Shown: in pieces, positions 25,181 to 38,964 of the stretch
Layout: each line of letters starts with the position of its first letter
How positions within the stretch are numbered: the first letter of the stretch is position 1
Assembly: GCA_013239625.1 (NCBI GenBank)
Contig: MU054120.1
Span: 186,001-250,000 of the forward strand
Reading direction: 5' to 3'
DNA length: 64,000 nucleotides
DNA from: Lama guanicoe
Lineage: Eukaryota
The notes under the pieces: model-generated
Databases searched by the model: none
What the model saw: only the letters and a program-made list of their open reading frames with translations
Told to the model about the DNA's origin: nothing
Program-made: the position numbers and the translations under genes

Positions 25181-27144
25181 TTGCTCTCAGTTAAATTTAA
25201 TCATCACCATGTTCAATAATCAATTTTAGTGACTGAGAAAGGATCTGAATCAGCTCCACCTTGGGCGTTTATGCCCTGTAATAAATGTTAAAGGAGTGCA
25301 GAAACAAAAGAGGAGGGTTCAGGGAAGTTAGCGGGCAGCAGGAAGAAATGGGGGGGAAGGTAGGAATAACGCTGGCAGATGAGAGTGTGGGAGAAAAAAC
25401 CACGGATGCCCAAGGACAGACTTTATTTTGAGAAGCAGTAGGTGGTAAGGTTTGCTCGGAGGCATTCAGCCCAGTAGTTAACCCTTTTATTCTCCTTCCC
25501 CTGTATTGATCCCCTGAGGGAGAACCAAACTGAAAAAAAACCTACCAGTAAATGTTTGAAATGTGATTCCATTACTGAAATAACGCCAGTTTCTCATGGG
25601 GTAAAAACATTTGCATTTCCATTGACCATGAGAACATCTGTTTTTATCAAGACTGAGTAGTGTGTTTTTTTTTTTTTTTTAGCAAGTAACGCAAGTTCCC
25701 TAACTGGCAGGTTCCTCCCTGTGCTCCGTTGAACTCTGAGAGTTAAGAGTGGCCTTAAGCCAAGCGAGCCGTTGTCTGTTTAACGGGTGAGGGAACAATG
25801 CTCGCCTTAAGGCAGGGGCCCTGTGACCTGGAGCATGCCTTCCTCTGCCTGACCTTGCAACTGGAAGTCCTCAGCGGAACAGCAAAAATAAATCAATGGT
25901 CTCTGAAAATGGAAGGCCCTTTAATTCTCAGCAATGATCCCTGTGGATCAGAACTCAAAGCAAAATGGGAGAGTAGGTGCAGGGAAGCCTGACTTCAGTG
26001 CTCTGCGCCGCGTTCTCCAGACAGGCAGGCCAAATGCTGGTCCATTTGTGGTCTCTTCCCTACCCTTAATTTGTTTTAATTTTGAAATTCCAGCTGTTAC
26101 AGGAGTGTCTCTTTGTGCTCTAGTGCTTCCGCCTGGGGAGAGATGTGGACTGGCGATGCTCTGGCCACCTGTAATGGATTCTGAGAGTAAAAGCATTCAG
26201 GCCCCGAACTCTGAGCAAACGTGTTTGTTCCATATGGTCAAGCAAAATATTCTTGTGTCCTGTCTCCAAACTAGGTCTAGACCATACCTGAATCAGAGGG
26301 AAAAAGGAGCACATTAAATAGTAATCATGTGCTTCAGGATGTGAGGCTCTCGCTGTTGACCTTTATGTGCTCATCTATTTATGAAAACAAATCATGGGGA
26401 ATGAAGTCAGCAAATGAGGCTGCAGCGAAAGGAGGAAAAAGGCTTCAGACTTAAGCAAGAGGCTGTGTTAAAGCAGCTTCCTGCATGAATATATTTAGTC
26501 GGCAAGACAGTGATCTGGAAAACCAAATCAGAATCTTTAACATAAAACTCTAGGGCTTCGTGGGAAATGCTTAGAAACACACTGGGCTAGCAGAGCGATT
26601 TGCTATAGAGGACAATCCAAATGAATGAACGAGGTGCAGATTTTTTCCCTAGTTTGAAAGAATATAGAAGAGAGTTACAAGACTGAAAAAAGCACCTACA
26701 ACCCCTAACTAAGGATATTTGGGAGATAAACAGTCTATAAGAGTAAATTTAAATTGAAAGAAGGTCAGTTCTCTGCTTTTTATCCAAAGCAGGGGAGAGA
26801 GACATGTCAAGACAATGGACGCATTTAAATATAAAATATTAAAATTCTGTCTTTATGATTTGCAAACCCCAGGATGAGCAAAAATAGTAACAATGATTCT
26901 GACATTAATGTAACACTAATCACAAAGAACAGCTATGTCTACCATACTTTACTGAGCACATAGGCCATGCACCATTCATACACCACACACAAGTTTCTTT
27001 TTTTCCTCAACATTCTATAAGCCTTCACCCATTTTCAGCTTTGAATTTAATAATCTCTCCGTTCTCACTTTGACAAAAAATCCATTTTAAGAACCTGTCA
27101 GGCAAGTATCTGGAAATACATATACTATTAGCTTTATCTCATCC

Positions 27145-27385
27145 TTGGGATACTGGAAAAGAAAAAGGATGTTAGCTAAAAAACAAAAAAAATGAAATAA
27201 AATACAGACGTTAGTTAATAAAAATGTATCAGTATTGCCTCGTTGTCACAGACGCACCAAACCAACGTAAGATGTTAGTAGGAGAAACTGCGAGAGTGTA
27301 TGAGAACTCTCTAGACTATCTTCTCAATTTTTCTGTAAATCTGAAGCTGTTCTTTAAAAAAAAAGTATATCAAAAATTTTTAAAA
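27145..27385 (+). mobile_element. Old L1 (L1MC/MD-like) 3' UTR end
   Basis: ttagttaataaaaatgtatcagtattg...gtaagatgtta...gagaactctctagactatcttctcaatttttctgtaaatctgaa plus an A-rich tail. Confidence 0.75.
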
Positions 27386-27469
27386 ACAAAGTTTAAGAAC
27401 CTTATATAAGAATATATAATATTACTTATGGGATAAAATAACACACATTAACTAATAAAGCAAGAGAAG

Positions 27470-27835
27470 GGGATCGAGATCCCTGAAACTAAAAAGGGTG
27501 ATCTGCTTAGGCTTCGTTGAAAAGCTAACATTTGAATACAGGCTTAAAGAAGGTGAGGAAAGAATTTCTTTGGTGGAAATGGATATGGATGGATATCTGG
27601 TGGAAGCATGTTTCCAGGAGGGAAGACACTGATTCGGCGGGAATGCATAAAAATGGGAGGATGCTGGAGCACTCGGAGAGCAGTGAAGGCCAGTGGGCCC
27701 CCGTGGGTAGGAGGGGCACTAGGACTTGAGGCCGCAAGTCAAAAAGATTATGATTGTGTGAAGGTGGATCTTGTAAGATTTTAGATTTTTATAGGAGCCC
27801 TTGTAGCGTGAAGTATAGAAGTGACATAATTTGGC
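27470..27835 (-). mobile_element. L2 fragment
   Basis: ggcttcgttgaaaagctaacatttgaatacaggcttaaaga...ggaagcatgtttccagga...gaaggccagtg. Confidence 0.6.
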
Positions 27836-28952
27836 TCTTTTTTTTTTTTTAACAAGGGACAAATTTAGGGAAATTAATCACAGAAAATCATGGGGGAAAA
27901 TTGTGTAGTGTGTGTGTGAAAGAGACAGAGAGAAAAGGAGAGAGTTCATACTGAGAGAGAGGTGTCCTTGAAGAGCCGTGGGCTATGGCACTGGGATATC
28001 AGTCCACTTGTGACATAGAACAATTAAATTCAAATAGCTAGTGTGAGTCATCCAGCTTCAGGGCACTCCTGCAGGTTCCAGCTGCAGTGGGAAGAATGTG
28101 GTCCTTCTAACCTTACTGATGGTGATAATGCCTTCCAGCTAGTGATGGGCAGAGGGTTTCTCTAGAACCTCTGGGAGTCAGTCGTGACACCAGCCTCAAA
28201 ATCAGCAACAAACAAGGGCCTCCCACGGGCACCCAGCCTCCAGAAGCAGTTTTGGGGTCTTCCATTCCCAGGGGGACCAATGAAACTTTCCTCTTCAGCA
28301 AGAATTCTAGGGACCAGTATTGAACACATAGAGTGAGGATGCCCATAAAGGGGTCCTTTCAATTATCTTGAGAAAAGGGATCCTTACGATGAGAGAAAGG
28401 CTTCTCACTAGGGGAGAGAGGATAATCTGGTGAATTATCATTAAAGTTAAAATGAGTATAATGCTATTTTTTTATCCCAAACTAATGGCACAGGTTGTAT
28501 GATGCAAAAGGTCTTTCTAGGAGTGCTATATGCATGGCCGACTTGAGAGCAGTATTATTACAGTAAGTGGATGCGTTGATCATTCTGTAATGTGTGTACT
28601 GAGTATTTAAAGACATATGTATAAGTTTCATTTCAGTGTAATAAGCCTTCCGTTCATATGGAGTCTTTCCATCTTAAAAAAAAAAATGTCCCTGTTATCT
28701 ATGTTGGTGGGTAAGGCTTAAAGGGCAGTAAAAATTGGTATATGCAATGGTGGGTTCCCAATTTGAACTGCTGTCTTTCTGTCCTGCTGAATTTCATCCA
28801 GGAATCTGCATGAGGCAGAATGCCTGGCTTTCACAATAGTTTATTCTGAACCATTCTTTTATAATGGAAAATATTTTTCTCAATGAGTCCAGAATTATAG
28901 TGGTCCAGGAACTAGACTGAGGAATGTCAGAGAATATACATGTAGTTATGTA

Positions 28953-29026
28953 TAGATGGATGGATGGATGGATGGATGAACAGATGAATGGACAGATGGG
29001 TGGATAGATACATGGATAGATAGATA
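28953..29026. repeat. (GGAT)n/(AGAT)n tetranucleotide repeat
   Basis: gatggatggatggatg...gatagatagata. Confidence 0.9.
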
Positions 29027-30529
29027 ACCTGTTAATTTTTGAAATACGAAAACATGTATATAAGTAGGAACTTTATAAAACATTTGTAGAATCAAGAATT
29101 CTGAATTGGCCTAAGAAGTTTGTGTCAGAAATCATTTCCTTTTCCATTTTTAAATGTAACTCCCTGTGGAGAAGAGAAGATGTCAAGCCAGGGAGGAAAC
29201 TGAGAGGAAATATTTAATACCTTTAATGTCAATACCTGTAAAAATTATGAAAATGTGTTTCTTTGAAGCAGGTTTGCACTGGGAATTTGTGTCAGAAAGC
29301 ATGTAATCAGATAACTTCCCCCAACTTAGAAAGATTCCGCCTTCCTAAGATTAGGGCACTGACACGAATTCGGAGATGTGAAAAGAAAAAGCTTTCATTA
29401 TTAGTAACAATTAATGATTAGACAAAAATAATTGTTTGTAACTTAAATGCCAATCCATTAAAAGTAAGTTGAACGCTGTCCTTACTCTGGGGCTGGTGTC
29501 AGCTAGAAAGAAACCAGGTGAGTCACTAGCCCGGGAGGCGCTGTGAGATTGTGATGAGGGCTGTGCCCTCCCGGCGGGGTAGCCTTGAGGAAGGCACAGA
29601 GCCTCAGGGGAGGAGCATGGGGTGAATTTCAGCGCCAGTGTCCTCTGCCGGCACCCGTAAGTGCAGGACCTGAGCATTACAGAACCGAAAAGCAGGTGGG
29701 GCGACAAATGCTCCTCCATCTTTGCTCGCAGTAGGGATCAGGTGCAAGTCCTAACAGCCACCACTTGGCACCAGTCCTGGGTGCTGGCCATGAAAGCGTA
29801 AAAACATAATTCTCCAGGAACTAAAAAAAAAAAAAAGACTCATATCCATGAGGGGTGGAGGCTACCTATGATCCACAGGAAAGATCTTGTGCTACCATTT
29901 GCCTTTCGTAATTAGTTATGGTTTAGACTAGCATCCGAACTTCTGGGTGTCAGAAGTGGTACCGACTGCTGCTGACAAGGGTGCCCTTGCAGGGTTACAG
30001 CCAACTGTTACACTTGATAGACACGGCTCCTAGTCAAGGAGGCATGACAAAGAAATGAATGTTAAAGCTGCGTGGGTGAGACGAATGTGATTTCTTCTTG
30101 TCCACGTTCAGCACAAAGTTAGAAGGATACCGGTTCTTCTATTTAGTTCTCCAAGAAAGTGATTCCAGGGGCTTCTAGAAACCAACTGCTGGGCCACACT
30201 CTGTAGAATGTCCTTGATCAGAAAAATAAGTATTAGCCTCTTTCTAAATATATGTTTCTTTGTTTCTCTTAAGTCTTAGGAACTGGTCTCAAATGGGTGG
30301 AAAGAATTTAAGAAAATGTAGTAGTAGGTAGGATTTTAGTTTTAGAATAGAGTATGTCAGTGGGACTAGAGAACAGAAAAAGAAAGGTGAGCTGAAAACC
30401 GTAACAGGACAGATCCACTGTGTGCCCGACAGGAGATTATGCGATGAGAGAACACTTAGTGGGCCATGAACCTTCTCTACACAGCATCACAATCCGGAGC
30501 GGCAGGTGAAAGCTGCTCCCGCAGACGGC

Positions 30530-30715
30530 GCTAAGCACGGCGCAGTGTGATCGCTGGTGTAGACACATATGCGATTTAATCCATTAACCCACCCAGTGAG
30601 AGAGGTGTTTAATTACTGCTTTTGCAAAGAGGAAATTGAGGGTGAGAGAATTATAAATACTCGTCCTGCTTGTAAAAGGTGGAGCTGGGACTGAAACCCC
30701 GCATATCTGACAACA
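30530..30715 (-). mobile_element. MIR SINE
   Basis: atttaatcc...ttttgcaaagaggaaattgagggtgagaga...ggtggagctgggactgaaacccc. Confidence 0.75.
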
Positions 30716-32689
30716 GTTTTTCTTCTTTATTACTCTCCTGTAAATTTGAGCCTTCCTCTTTTATTAACCTTTGAATACTTGGGTTTATATTATGACAGTT
30801 ATTGGTGCTAATTTTACTATAGGACTATACCTGCGAATGGAGGTTCCATCCACCGACTAGCAAATTAATACAAAAGCACACAGGATATTACATTTATTTT
30901 GCTTGACCCCTGTAGAACCACTGTTAATGAACTTGTCAGAATATCACCCGAGTTCAACCATTAAAATCCTCATTTTAAAAGTTAGATACAGTCTTAGAGC
31001 TAGAGAGAAATACATTTCAGAAATACATGACATTCCCGCTCTCGCTCATGTCAACGAACAGAAATAATACAGTGTTTTTAAAGGGCAAATCTGAGTGAAT
31101 TGGTGCTCAAAAAATAAGTTAACTAAACATGGAGTTTACCTTTGAAGCTACTGCTTGTTTTGGTTAATGCGCCTAGGAGAGATTTGAAAGTGATCAATGG
31201 TTATTGTTTTTTTACCATAGCCTAGCCTTTAAAAAAAAAAACACTTCAAGTAGCAGATGAGTTTATTTTTAATTATCTTTCAAACATAACATTCTTTATA
31301 ACGGCATTATTTAACATCTGAGTGCCAATAGTTTACCTTCTGTTGTGTGAAGAGAGGAAGGCACGATTTTTTTTTTGGCTTCCAATCAGTAACAAAGTGC
31401 GAGGGAGTATAACAGATGCTGAATACTTAGTGGTGCAGTTTGAGGCCTGAGCCATGGCGTGACTGTCCTAGATAAACAGGCTGAGCACCTACTGCAAGCG
31501 CATTTCAATTGGTGTGTCTCCCTCGTCCTTTCCAGGAGGCGGAGATGTGGACTCCGAAGCCTAAAGCAGAGCGGTAGTGGGAAGAAGTGACATCAAGGGT
31601 ATCACCACCACAGCTAGTTTGTTTAATTTTCTGTGACATGTTGCCTGTAACCCTTTCCTTGTCTGCTACGTCAAAGCATTCGCTTTTGCAGACTGCACAC
31701 CGCAGTCAGAAGGCTGTGCCTCCTTAGTTTACAAGGAGCAGAGCAGGGGGAGTGGAATTCTCCAGTGTAGCACTCGGTGGCATATTTTACAAAATCTGAG
31801 TTTATGATAAAGGGAGAAATGGACTCCTCTTAATATACTTAAGCACCCTTTTGAGACAAAGAAGCAAAATTATAGGATCTCAGAGGTTGAAGTTCCCTCA
31901 TCCATTAACCTCCTAGATCTACAGATGAGAGAACTGAAGTCTAGATGGCAGATGGGCCAACAGTAAGACCCACTCTTGTAGTTTCCGGTCTAGCTTTCCT
32001 GAGTACTTCCAAGAGGTCTTTCTGTGCATTCCAATTCCAGCTCATGGAAACTAGTGGAAACCAGAAAATATTTGCTAGCATAATAGAGGGATTTCCCTCC
32101 CGCTCTAGAGTAGTCTTGATAAACAGCATACAGAGTACTCATTTATTTTTTTTCACAAGATTCCTGTCTTCCTTCATTCCTCACATTTATGAATGTAGGA
32201 AGACCTATTTGGCACCAATATATTTGATTTTAGCGAAGCTGCATGCAACCAAGAGACAGTTTGTGAGGGGAGAGGCCTGACAGAGGTTTGTATGCTCTAG
32301 AAGGAATTGTTAAGTGCCACGATTCAACTTCTCATCCTCCCCAACCTTCATCTACTTCTTTACTCTTGAGTCAAGTTTTATAAAATGTGGACAGTGTCAG
32401 AAGTAAATTGCATTTTGAAGACTTTTTTTTTCATTTTTTTTGGTTTAGTTATTTATTATGCCTTTTTGTTTTTTATGTTTAATTAGCTACATGTGACATA
32501 CTATACACATATTACAAATTTATCTGAGGTCTAATGTGGCAATATGTGAAGATGAGGTGTCAGAAGGAAGAGGTGTAGGCCTCTGGGAAATTATGATGTA
32601 TTAATGATAAGGGATTAAAATCTTCTGTGTTATTTCACTACGGTAAAGTAACAAGAGACACAAACCCACCTGTTTCTACAATCGAAGTT

Positions 32690-34293
32690 ACTTAGAGATG
32701 CATTTCACATCGGTTGGTAATTCAAGTCCTCCTATTTCACTGTGCATCGTCCGTGGAAACCAACTTTCAAAGGCACTCATGGTGCCACCAAATTCATGGC
32801 TGTTTGATAAATTAAAATTCTGATCAGTTTAAACAACTATTGAAATCCCTAAACAAACAGAATAAAAGCCTAGTTTTGAAAGGCCTGGGGAATAATTTAC
32901 TTAGTAGCCACAAAATGTATTGCCCAGAAAAAGAAAACCAATAATACCAGCATGTAAAAGGGGCCTGGGGAACATGCTACAAGGTGCAGTGTGGTGAAAT
33001 GAAAAGGCGCCACTCTGAAACAGCAAATCAGCTGTCATGTTGATGGTGCCTCCCATCCCGCTGAAAATGTTGGATACAATAAACTGGAAAACAACAGCTT
33101 CTCTCTCTCCAGGTTGATGAGACAACAGATTTCAGCAACAAATGTCACACTGTAGCAGTTGTAGGATTTGTAAATGGTACGGAGACTCAAGAAAACTTTT
33201 TCTGTTGCAAAGAACTGCATGAAAAAAGCAGATATAAAGTTTTGTAAGCAAAAGATTTGTCCTAGAGGAATTCCGTTGGCATCTGTGCTAATACTGTCCT
33301 TCCAAGGACTGAGCTCATGAAATGTTTCACCTCCTGTAAAATGTCACAACACTGTTTTCTTCATAGATGGGTGCTGATATCCAAAACTGATTGGGAATCA
33401 AATTTTTTTTTTACTGTGTGGATGATAGTACAAAAATGGTGAACTTTATTAAACAATGACTGTTCACTTGGGAATGCTTTAAAAACCCTACAAAAACCTG
33501 GAAAAGTGCTCAGAACTCTCCTGCTGCAGACAGCTCGTCTGGTGGTTCAGCAGAGGAAGAGTTCTTACCAGGGTATTTGAGTTGAAAAGTAAATTGCAGA
33601 TGTGGCTGAGGGTTTTAAAGATGAAGAATGGCTACAAAAACTGGTGTGTGCTCAGCACACATTTTTTATCACATGGACCAGCTGAACAAGTCCCTGTAAG
33701 GCTCTTCAGAAAATGTTTTGACTGCAAGTGATGAGAGCCTCAGATTTAAAAGAAAACGAAATCTTTTGAAAAATCATGTCGCAAAAGGAAACCTTGAAAT
33801 GTTTCCACTGCCTCTTGGTCTCAAGAGTGAGGAAAGATACTGGTAGAACTCAAGTCTTTTTGAAAGCTCTCTGAAGGAGCCACGGTGTAAAAGAACAGCA
33901 TTGCCCCAGAACCCACTCTCACAGTAAGTGCTTAACGTGGAGACAAGCCTTTCTCTGAATCTTCTCCGCCCGGACAAGCCTTTCTTTGAATCTTCTCCGC
34001 CCGGAGAGAAGAGGAAGCGTATTGTGACCTGCAGTCTGATCATACACTTAAGGTGAAATTTACCAGTCTGGTCAGAGACAAGTTATCAACGTCTGTGAAA
34101 GAATAACTTGCCTTGCATAGGAAAGAGCTGAACACTTTGTTGCAGTTTTCACCCTTACATGGGTGAGAAAATCTATTCTTAACAAGAACCACCTGTTAGG
34201 GGAGGCACCATCTCATGTTAGTTCAAAGTGAGATCTTTGTATACTTATCTCAAGTTTGACTCTGCAGCAAAAACAAGCAAGGGGCTCTTAGTA
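32690..34293 (+). mobile_element. Decayed hAT (Charlie/Buster-family) transposase coding region of a DNA-transposon fossil
   Basis: Frameshifted but collinear motifs: BED-finger-like FTSVGNSSPPISLCIV (~32703), SLQVDETTDFSNKC...QENFFCCKEL (~33104), HCFLHR (~33350), KMVNFIK, WWFSRGRVLTRVFELK (~33540), DEEWLQKL, QLNKSL*G, KGNLEMFPL (~33785) and LLQFS. Multiple stops and frameshifts. Confidence 0.9.
33942..34003 (+). repeat. 31-bp tandem duplication (2 copies, 1 mismatch)
   Basis: gacaagcctttct[c/t]tgaatcttctccgcccg twice. Confidence 0.95.
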
Positions 34294-36564
34294 AACTGGT
34301 AAATTCGTTATTTTCAGTTTCAAAACTAATGCTTTATATATTTCTGCATGTGTGTTTTTCTATAGAAGGTATTTAAAAACACATATCCATAATAATTGTG
34401 TAACTCTGGGCCTGTATTTGAGCCTGATATGTCACTCAGTGGAACAAAAAATATTTTTTCAAAGCTTTATAAAAAGTATGTTCTAACATTATGTTTTTAT
34501 TTACATTGTTTTGAAAAAGGTTTTAGTAGATTTACTTTAACCATTGCCCATGATTTTTTCTGTTGTAAATAAGATAAATTAAAATGAATTTACAGCCTCA
34601 AATTTAAATCTGCCTTTTGAAACATGAAATTCCACTTTGACTTAAGCCACTTCCTTCATGGAAATGTGTTATGTTTATGGAAAAGGAAGCTAATTTCACA
34701 AATAGCAAGCTAAGTCTAAATATCTGACTTTTTTTCTCAGGGAAATTGGAGTATAAAATCATTTTTGTTTTTAAATGGCTGGAAATAAACTTCTGCACAT
34801 ACCACATATCATATCTCGTTAGCCTCTCATCCATAGAAATCTGTGGTAAGGCTTTTAGGCTTATTTCGGTAAGGGGAAATAAAAATTAAATAGGAAATCT
34901 AAAAACAAAGAACAAAAACTGGACTTTCCTCTACTTATGCCACTGACTTGCATTCATTAAAGTTGGTATAATCTGTGTGTGTGTGTGTGGAGGGGGTAAC
35001 TATACAAAAAGAGAAGGCTACAAAATTAGCCCCCTCCCCCAAATCACAAAAAATGACTATTCTCTACTCGAAACAGCACTGGTTCATATACCTATTGAAT
35101 TTTGCCTTGTCCTGATTCTTTAAAGGCCATCACAATGGGTTCAAAGTAGCAGAATATACAAGGTATAATGTTAAAAAAAAAAAAGTCACAGACTAGAAAA
35201 AAAGGGGATGGAAATAAATGGTCCAGGTATATACCAATAGACAATACTGGAAGCAAGTGTTTGCTGCAGGGATTAAAAGGAATCAGAGATATTCCATCAT
35301 CCCTGTCCTGGAGTGAGAGCTGCAAGTGTCAGTGTTTTACTATCAACCAGATTTTTTTCATAGTCATTATTTAATAAGCAGAAGTTTGTCTTTGGTGACA
35401 ATATGATTAAAGGGATCAAATATATTAAAGCAGTGTTTCTTTCTAATGTATTTTATATCCCCCAGAGTTTTATAGTTTACAGAATGTTTAAGCCTTAAAA
35501 GAACAGTTGTGTAAACTGTCACACATCAAAATATGTACTTTTTACTTTTTCAAGATAAAGATTTCAATTATCAAAAGTACCGTGACTCTAATTTTAAACA
35601 TATTACAAAGCTCATGTCTTTTTAATGACATTGTTAGAGTACACAGATAATAATTCTTTGAATATTGACAGCAATGAGATTTTTGTGAAGAGTCCAACAG
35701 AAGTAAAATAAAAGAAATAGTATAATGAGGATATGATCCAAAGCCCATTTGATCTGTGGTTAGAGAGTGTGTTAAACAAACAAACAAAAAAAAGTGAGAG
35801 AGCTGAAGAATATGAAACTTACTGTGACTAATTAGGAAAAATAATCCTGGCAGTATTAATAATTCTTCCATCCTGAATAATGAATACATACCATGAACAC
35901 AATTTCCCCTTGATGAGCTTAGAATTTAATACTTTCTTTCAAAGGGAAAAAAAGGAAAGAAATGTCAGTAGATTTAACCATTGAAGGCTGGGGTCAATAG
36001 AGCCTTTGCTCATTGAAATACAAAGAATGTCAGTTCTCCACCAGTCTTGATAATACTGATTACATTTCCTCAGTTAAGATCTGATTTTTTTCTTGCAGAA
36101 AACAATCAAATAAACACACAAAGTTTGCTTCAATTAAAATTTTTCATCTAATTCTTAAAGACTGTATAAAAATACATTTGACTTTGTCTAAACAACTCAT
36201 TTGCATACTGAAACAACAAGTTTGGTAAGGATAAATGCAGATTATGATAGCAGTTTCTTCAGTGCGGTGAGGGTTCAATTTAAAAGCCTGCCTTTGATTA
36301 TCATCTCCCAGGAAGTGCCTCTGGCCCAAACACAGACTGTGCAGTTCAAGGGGCATATAATCAGAGTGATATAGATGTAATTTCTAAAAGAAACCTCTAA
36401 CTTCAATTTGAAGTCAACATATTTATTTAGTTTAGAAAACTGCTTTTGGTACTGAGTTCCAGCCCCGACTTCTTCCCAGAACCCTGGCTTCATAGGTCGC
36501 GATCACCTGACCTGTTGACGTGGGTGGTCTAATGGTTTACCAAACAGGACTCCACTAAAGCAGC

Positions 36565-36840
36565 ATTTTTTTTTTAATTGAAAAAATTTGACATATAACA
36601 TTTTGTGTATTTAGAGTGTACAATGTGTTACTTTGATATATTCATATAGTGCAGTGTGTTTGCCACTGTGGCGATAGTTAACGCATGACATAATTACAAT
36701 ACAGTGTTGTTGGCTGTATTCATTATGCTGCGTTAGATCTTTATGGCCTATTTACTACTCATTTCAAGTTTGTTCCCTTAAACAACATCAGTCTTATCCT
36801 CACACCTCCCCGTCCCCAGCTAACTACCATTTTATTCTTT
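36565..36840 (-). mobile_element. Old L1 (L1MA-like) 3' UTR
   Basis: T-run, then ttgacatataacattttgtgtatttagagtgtacaatgtg...tacaatacagtgttgttggctgta...aactaccattttattc. Confidence 0.7.
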
Positions 36841-37003
36841 ATAAAATAGAATTCGTTTTTTTTTCCTTTTTTGGGGGGAGGTATTACAGCATTTTTAATG
36901 AGGACTTTCAGGTTCAATCCTCTCCCTCCCCTCACCTCTGATCATTTCCAATATTTTAGAACAGTGTTAAGAAAAAATTTTTTTATTCTTTTTTTCCTAG
37001 TTC

Positions 37004-37255
37004 TTTTTTTTTTTTTAAAACCTTTATTTTGGTATGGTTCCTTTATTTTTTACTACACGTATTTCAGATGTGCAATTTGATGAATTGTGATAGATGTATA
37101 CACCAATGCAACCACTACTACAACTGAAATAGCTAACATTTCCGTCACTCCCCAAGAGGTGCAATTTTCGAATTTCCAATATATCCCTTCCCACCTGCTT
37201 TACCCCCTGGTAAGCGTTAAGTTTGTTCTCTATGTCTGTGAGTCTGCTTCTGTGA
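37004..37255 (-). mobile_element. Composite L1 fragments: an old L1MB-like 3' end joined to an artiodactyl-type L1 3' UTR piece
   Basis: gtgcaatttgatgaattgtgatagatgtatacacc...aacatttccgtcactccccaa, then ccccctggtaagcgttaagtttgttctctatgtctgtgagtctgcttctg. Confidence 0.65.
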
Positions 37256-37935
37256 AATGGAATTCTTAATTTCTACCCCAGTCTCCTCCAATCTTGTACT
37301 TCACTCAGTCTTTCCTGTTGAGTAGCAAATGGCATCATTCTTTTGCTGAAGCCAGTTACCAAGAAGTCTTAACTGACTTCTCATTTTTAAATTTTTATTA
37401 CCTATTTTTTAATCACTATAAGGGGATCCTATTGTGTTGTCTCCAAAACATATTACTAATCTGATTTCTCTTCTCATCCATCTTAACTTCTACCTCAGCC
37501 AAGCTACCTTATGTCTTGCCTCATAGTTGTAATAGCCTTCTGTATTCTTTGCATAGTGGTCAAAGTAGTATTTTAAAACAAAAATACAATTATGGCATAC
37601 CCTGCTTACTAGCTGCTGGCATCTGACCCTCTCTGACCTGATCCCACACCGTGCCTCACCTCCCGCCCTGGGAGGGGCCACCGCAGTCTGTCAAATACTA
37701 AATAGCCATCCAGCTATTCTCTATCTTATAAACATGATGATATTTTTCATGATACAATATTATCATTCATATCATGTTTTATTACTTATTTACTTATGTC
37801 TTTATTGTCCTTATCATAAGATTCAAAAGAGCAATTTGTCTTTTTTATCATCATGCTACTTTAAACCCTGACGGTACTACCAAATACAACGTAAGTGTTA
37901 AATAAATATTTCATGAATAATGTATAAGTGAATAA
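37256..37935 (+). mobile_element. L2 LINE 3' region
   Basis: tcagtctttcctgttgagtagcaaatggcatc..., aaataaatatttcatgaataa. Confidence 0.6.
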
Positions 37936-38964
37936 ATGGTAATTTGTTTTACCTTGCTGACTCCCTACTATTTTCAGGGCTACATAGCATAATTACACTT
38001 TTTTTTTACTTTGTACCGAGTCAGTTGCTGAAATCATGAACTGAGACTTAAAATTAGAAATCTTGTAAGCTGTGCTCCCCCTAAGCTCCTAATCATCTTA
38101 TTTCTGTTTCTTTTATCTTAAGCACTTGTCTTATTGCAATATAAATTAATTTACATATTTATTAGATTTGGGGTTTTTTGGTCTATCTTACCCAATTGTA
38201 ATATATATGCCATATGGCCAGACATTTTTTCTATTTATTTACAGCTGGAATGCTTTGCCATTTGAAATACTGCCTGACGCATAGTAGATGCTCAGTATTT
38301 GTTGATAAATGAATCACCTGAATTTTCTAGGTTCTTGATAAGCAAGGGATATACTTCAAAGTTCATGAGATAAATGGTCATTGTACTCTGAAATTTCAGC
38401 AAGAACACATAGTTAACATGAAAAATAATTTTTGGGTAAAGATGTAAATGATGTAGAAAAAAGAGTTCCTTTGTATTTAAACATTATTATTATATAAGTT
38501 AGGCTAGATGTATCCTGAAATGTACTGAAAGAGGTAAATAACCTCTAAATAATTCCTGAAAAAAATTCTGAACCTCTCTGTAATAGTAAAGAAGGAAAGG
38601 ACTCCTTCATCAAATGGAAATTGTATCATTTTCTTAATCGTGATATTCTCTGCAACAGCTGAGTTATGCAATCTTAAATGATACTTTAATTTTATAGTAT
38701 CTTATTTATTTAACTGTCATATGTCAGACTGAGCTATTTTAACCATAGACAAATTCTTATTTAAAATTATCCACGTGCCTGAATTAGATCTGTTATTAGA
38801 AAACTCTTTTGTTTATACATCTCAGTTAGCAGAGCCATCAAAAAAGTCATTATTTATTTTTATTGGTATTCTTTGTGACAAGCAGATCACTGTCCTGTAT
38901 TATTATTACTCATTAAATACTTATCACCATTATCTAGAAAATACATTTGGACTTGCAATAAGTA

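Noticed and set aside
32690..34293. Possible domesticated ZBED/Buster gene
   Set aside because: Numerous stops, frameshifts and deletions show neutral decay.
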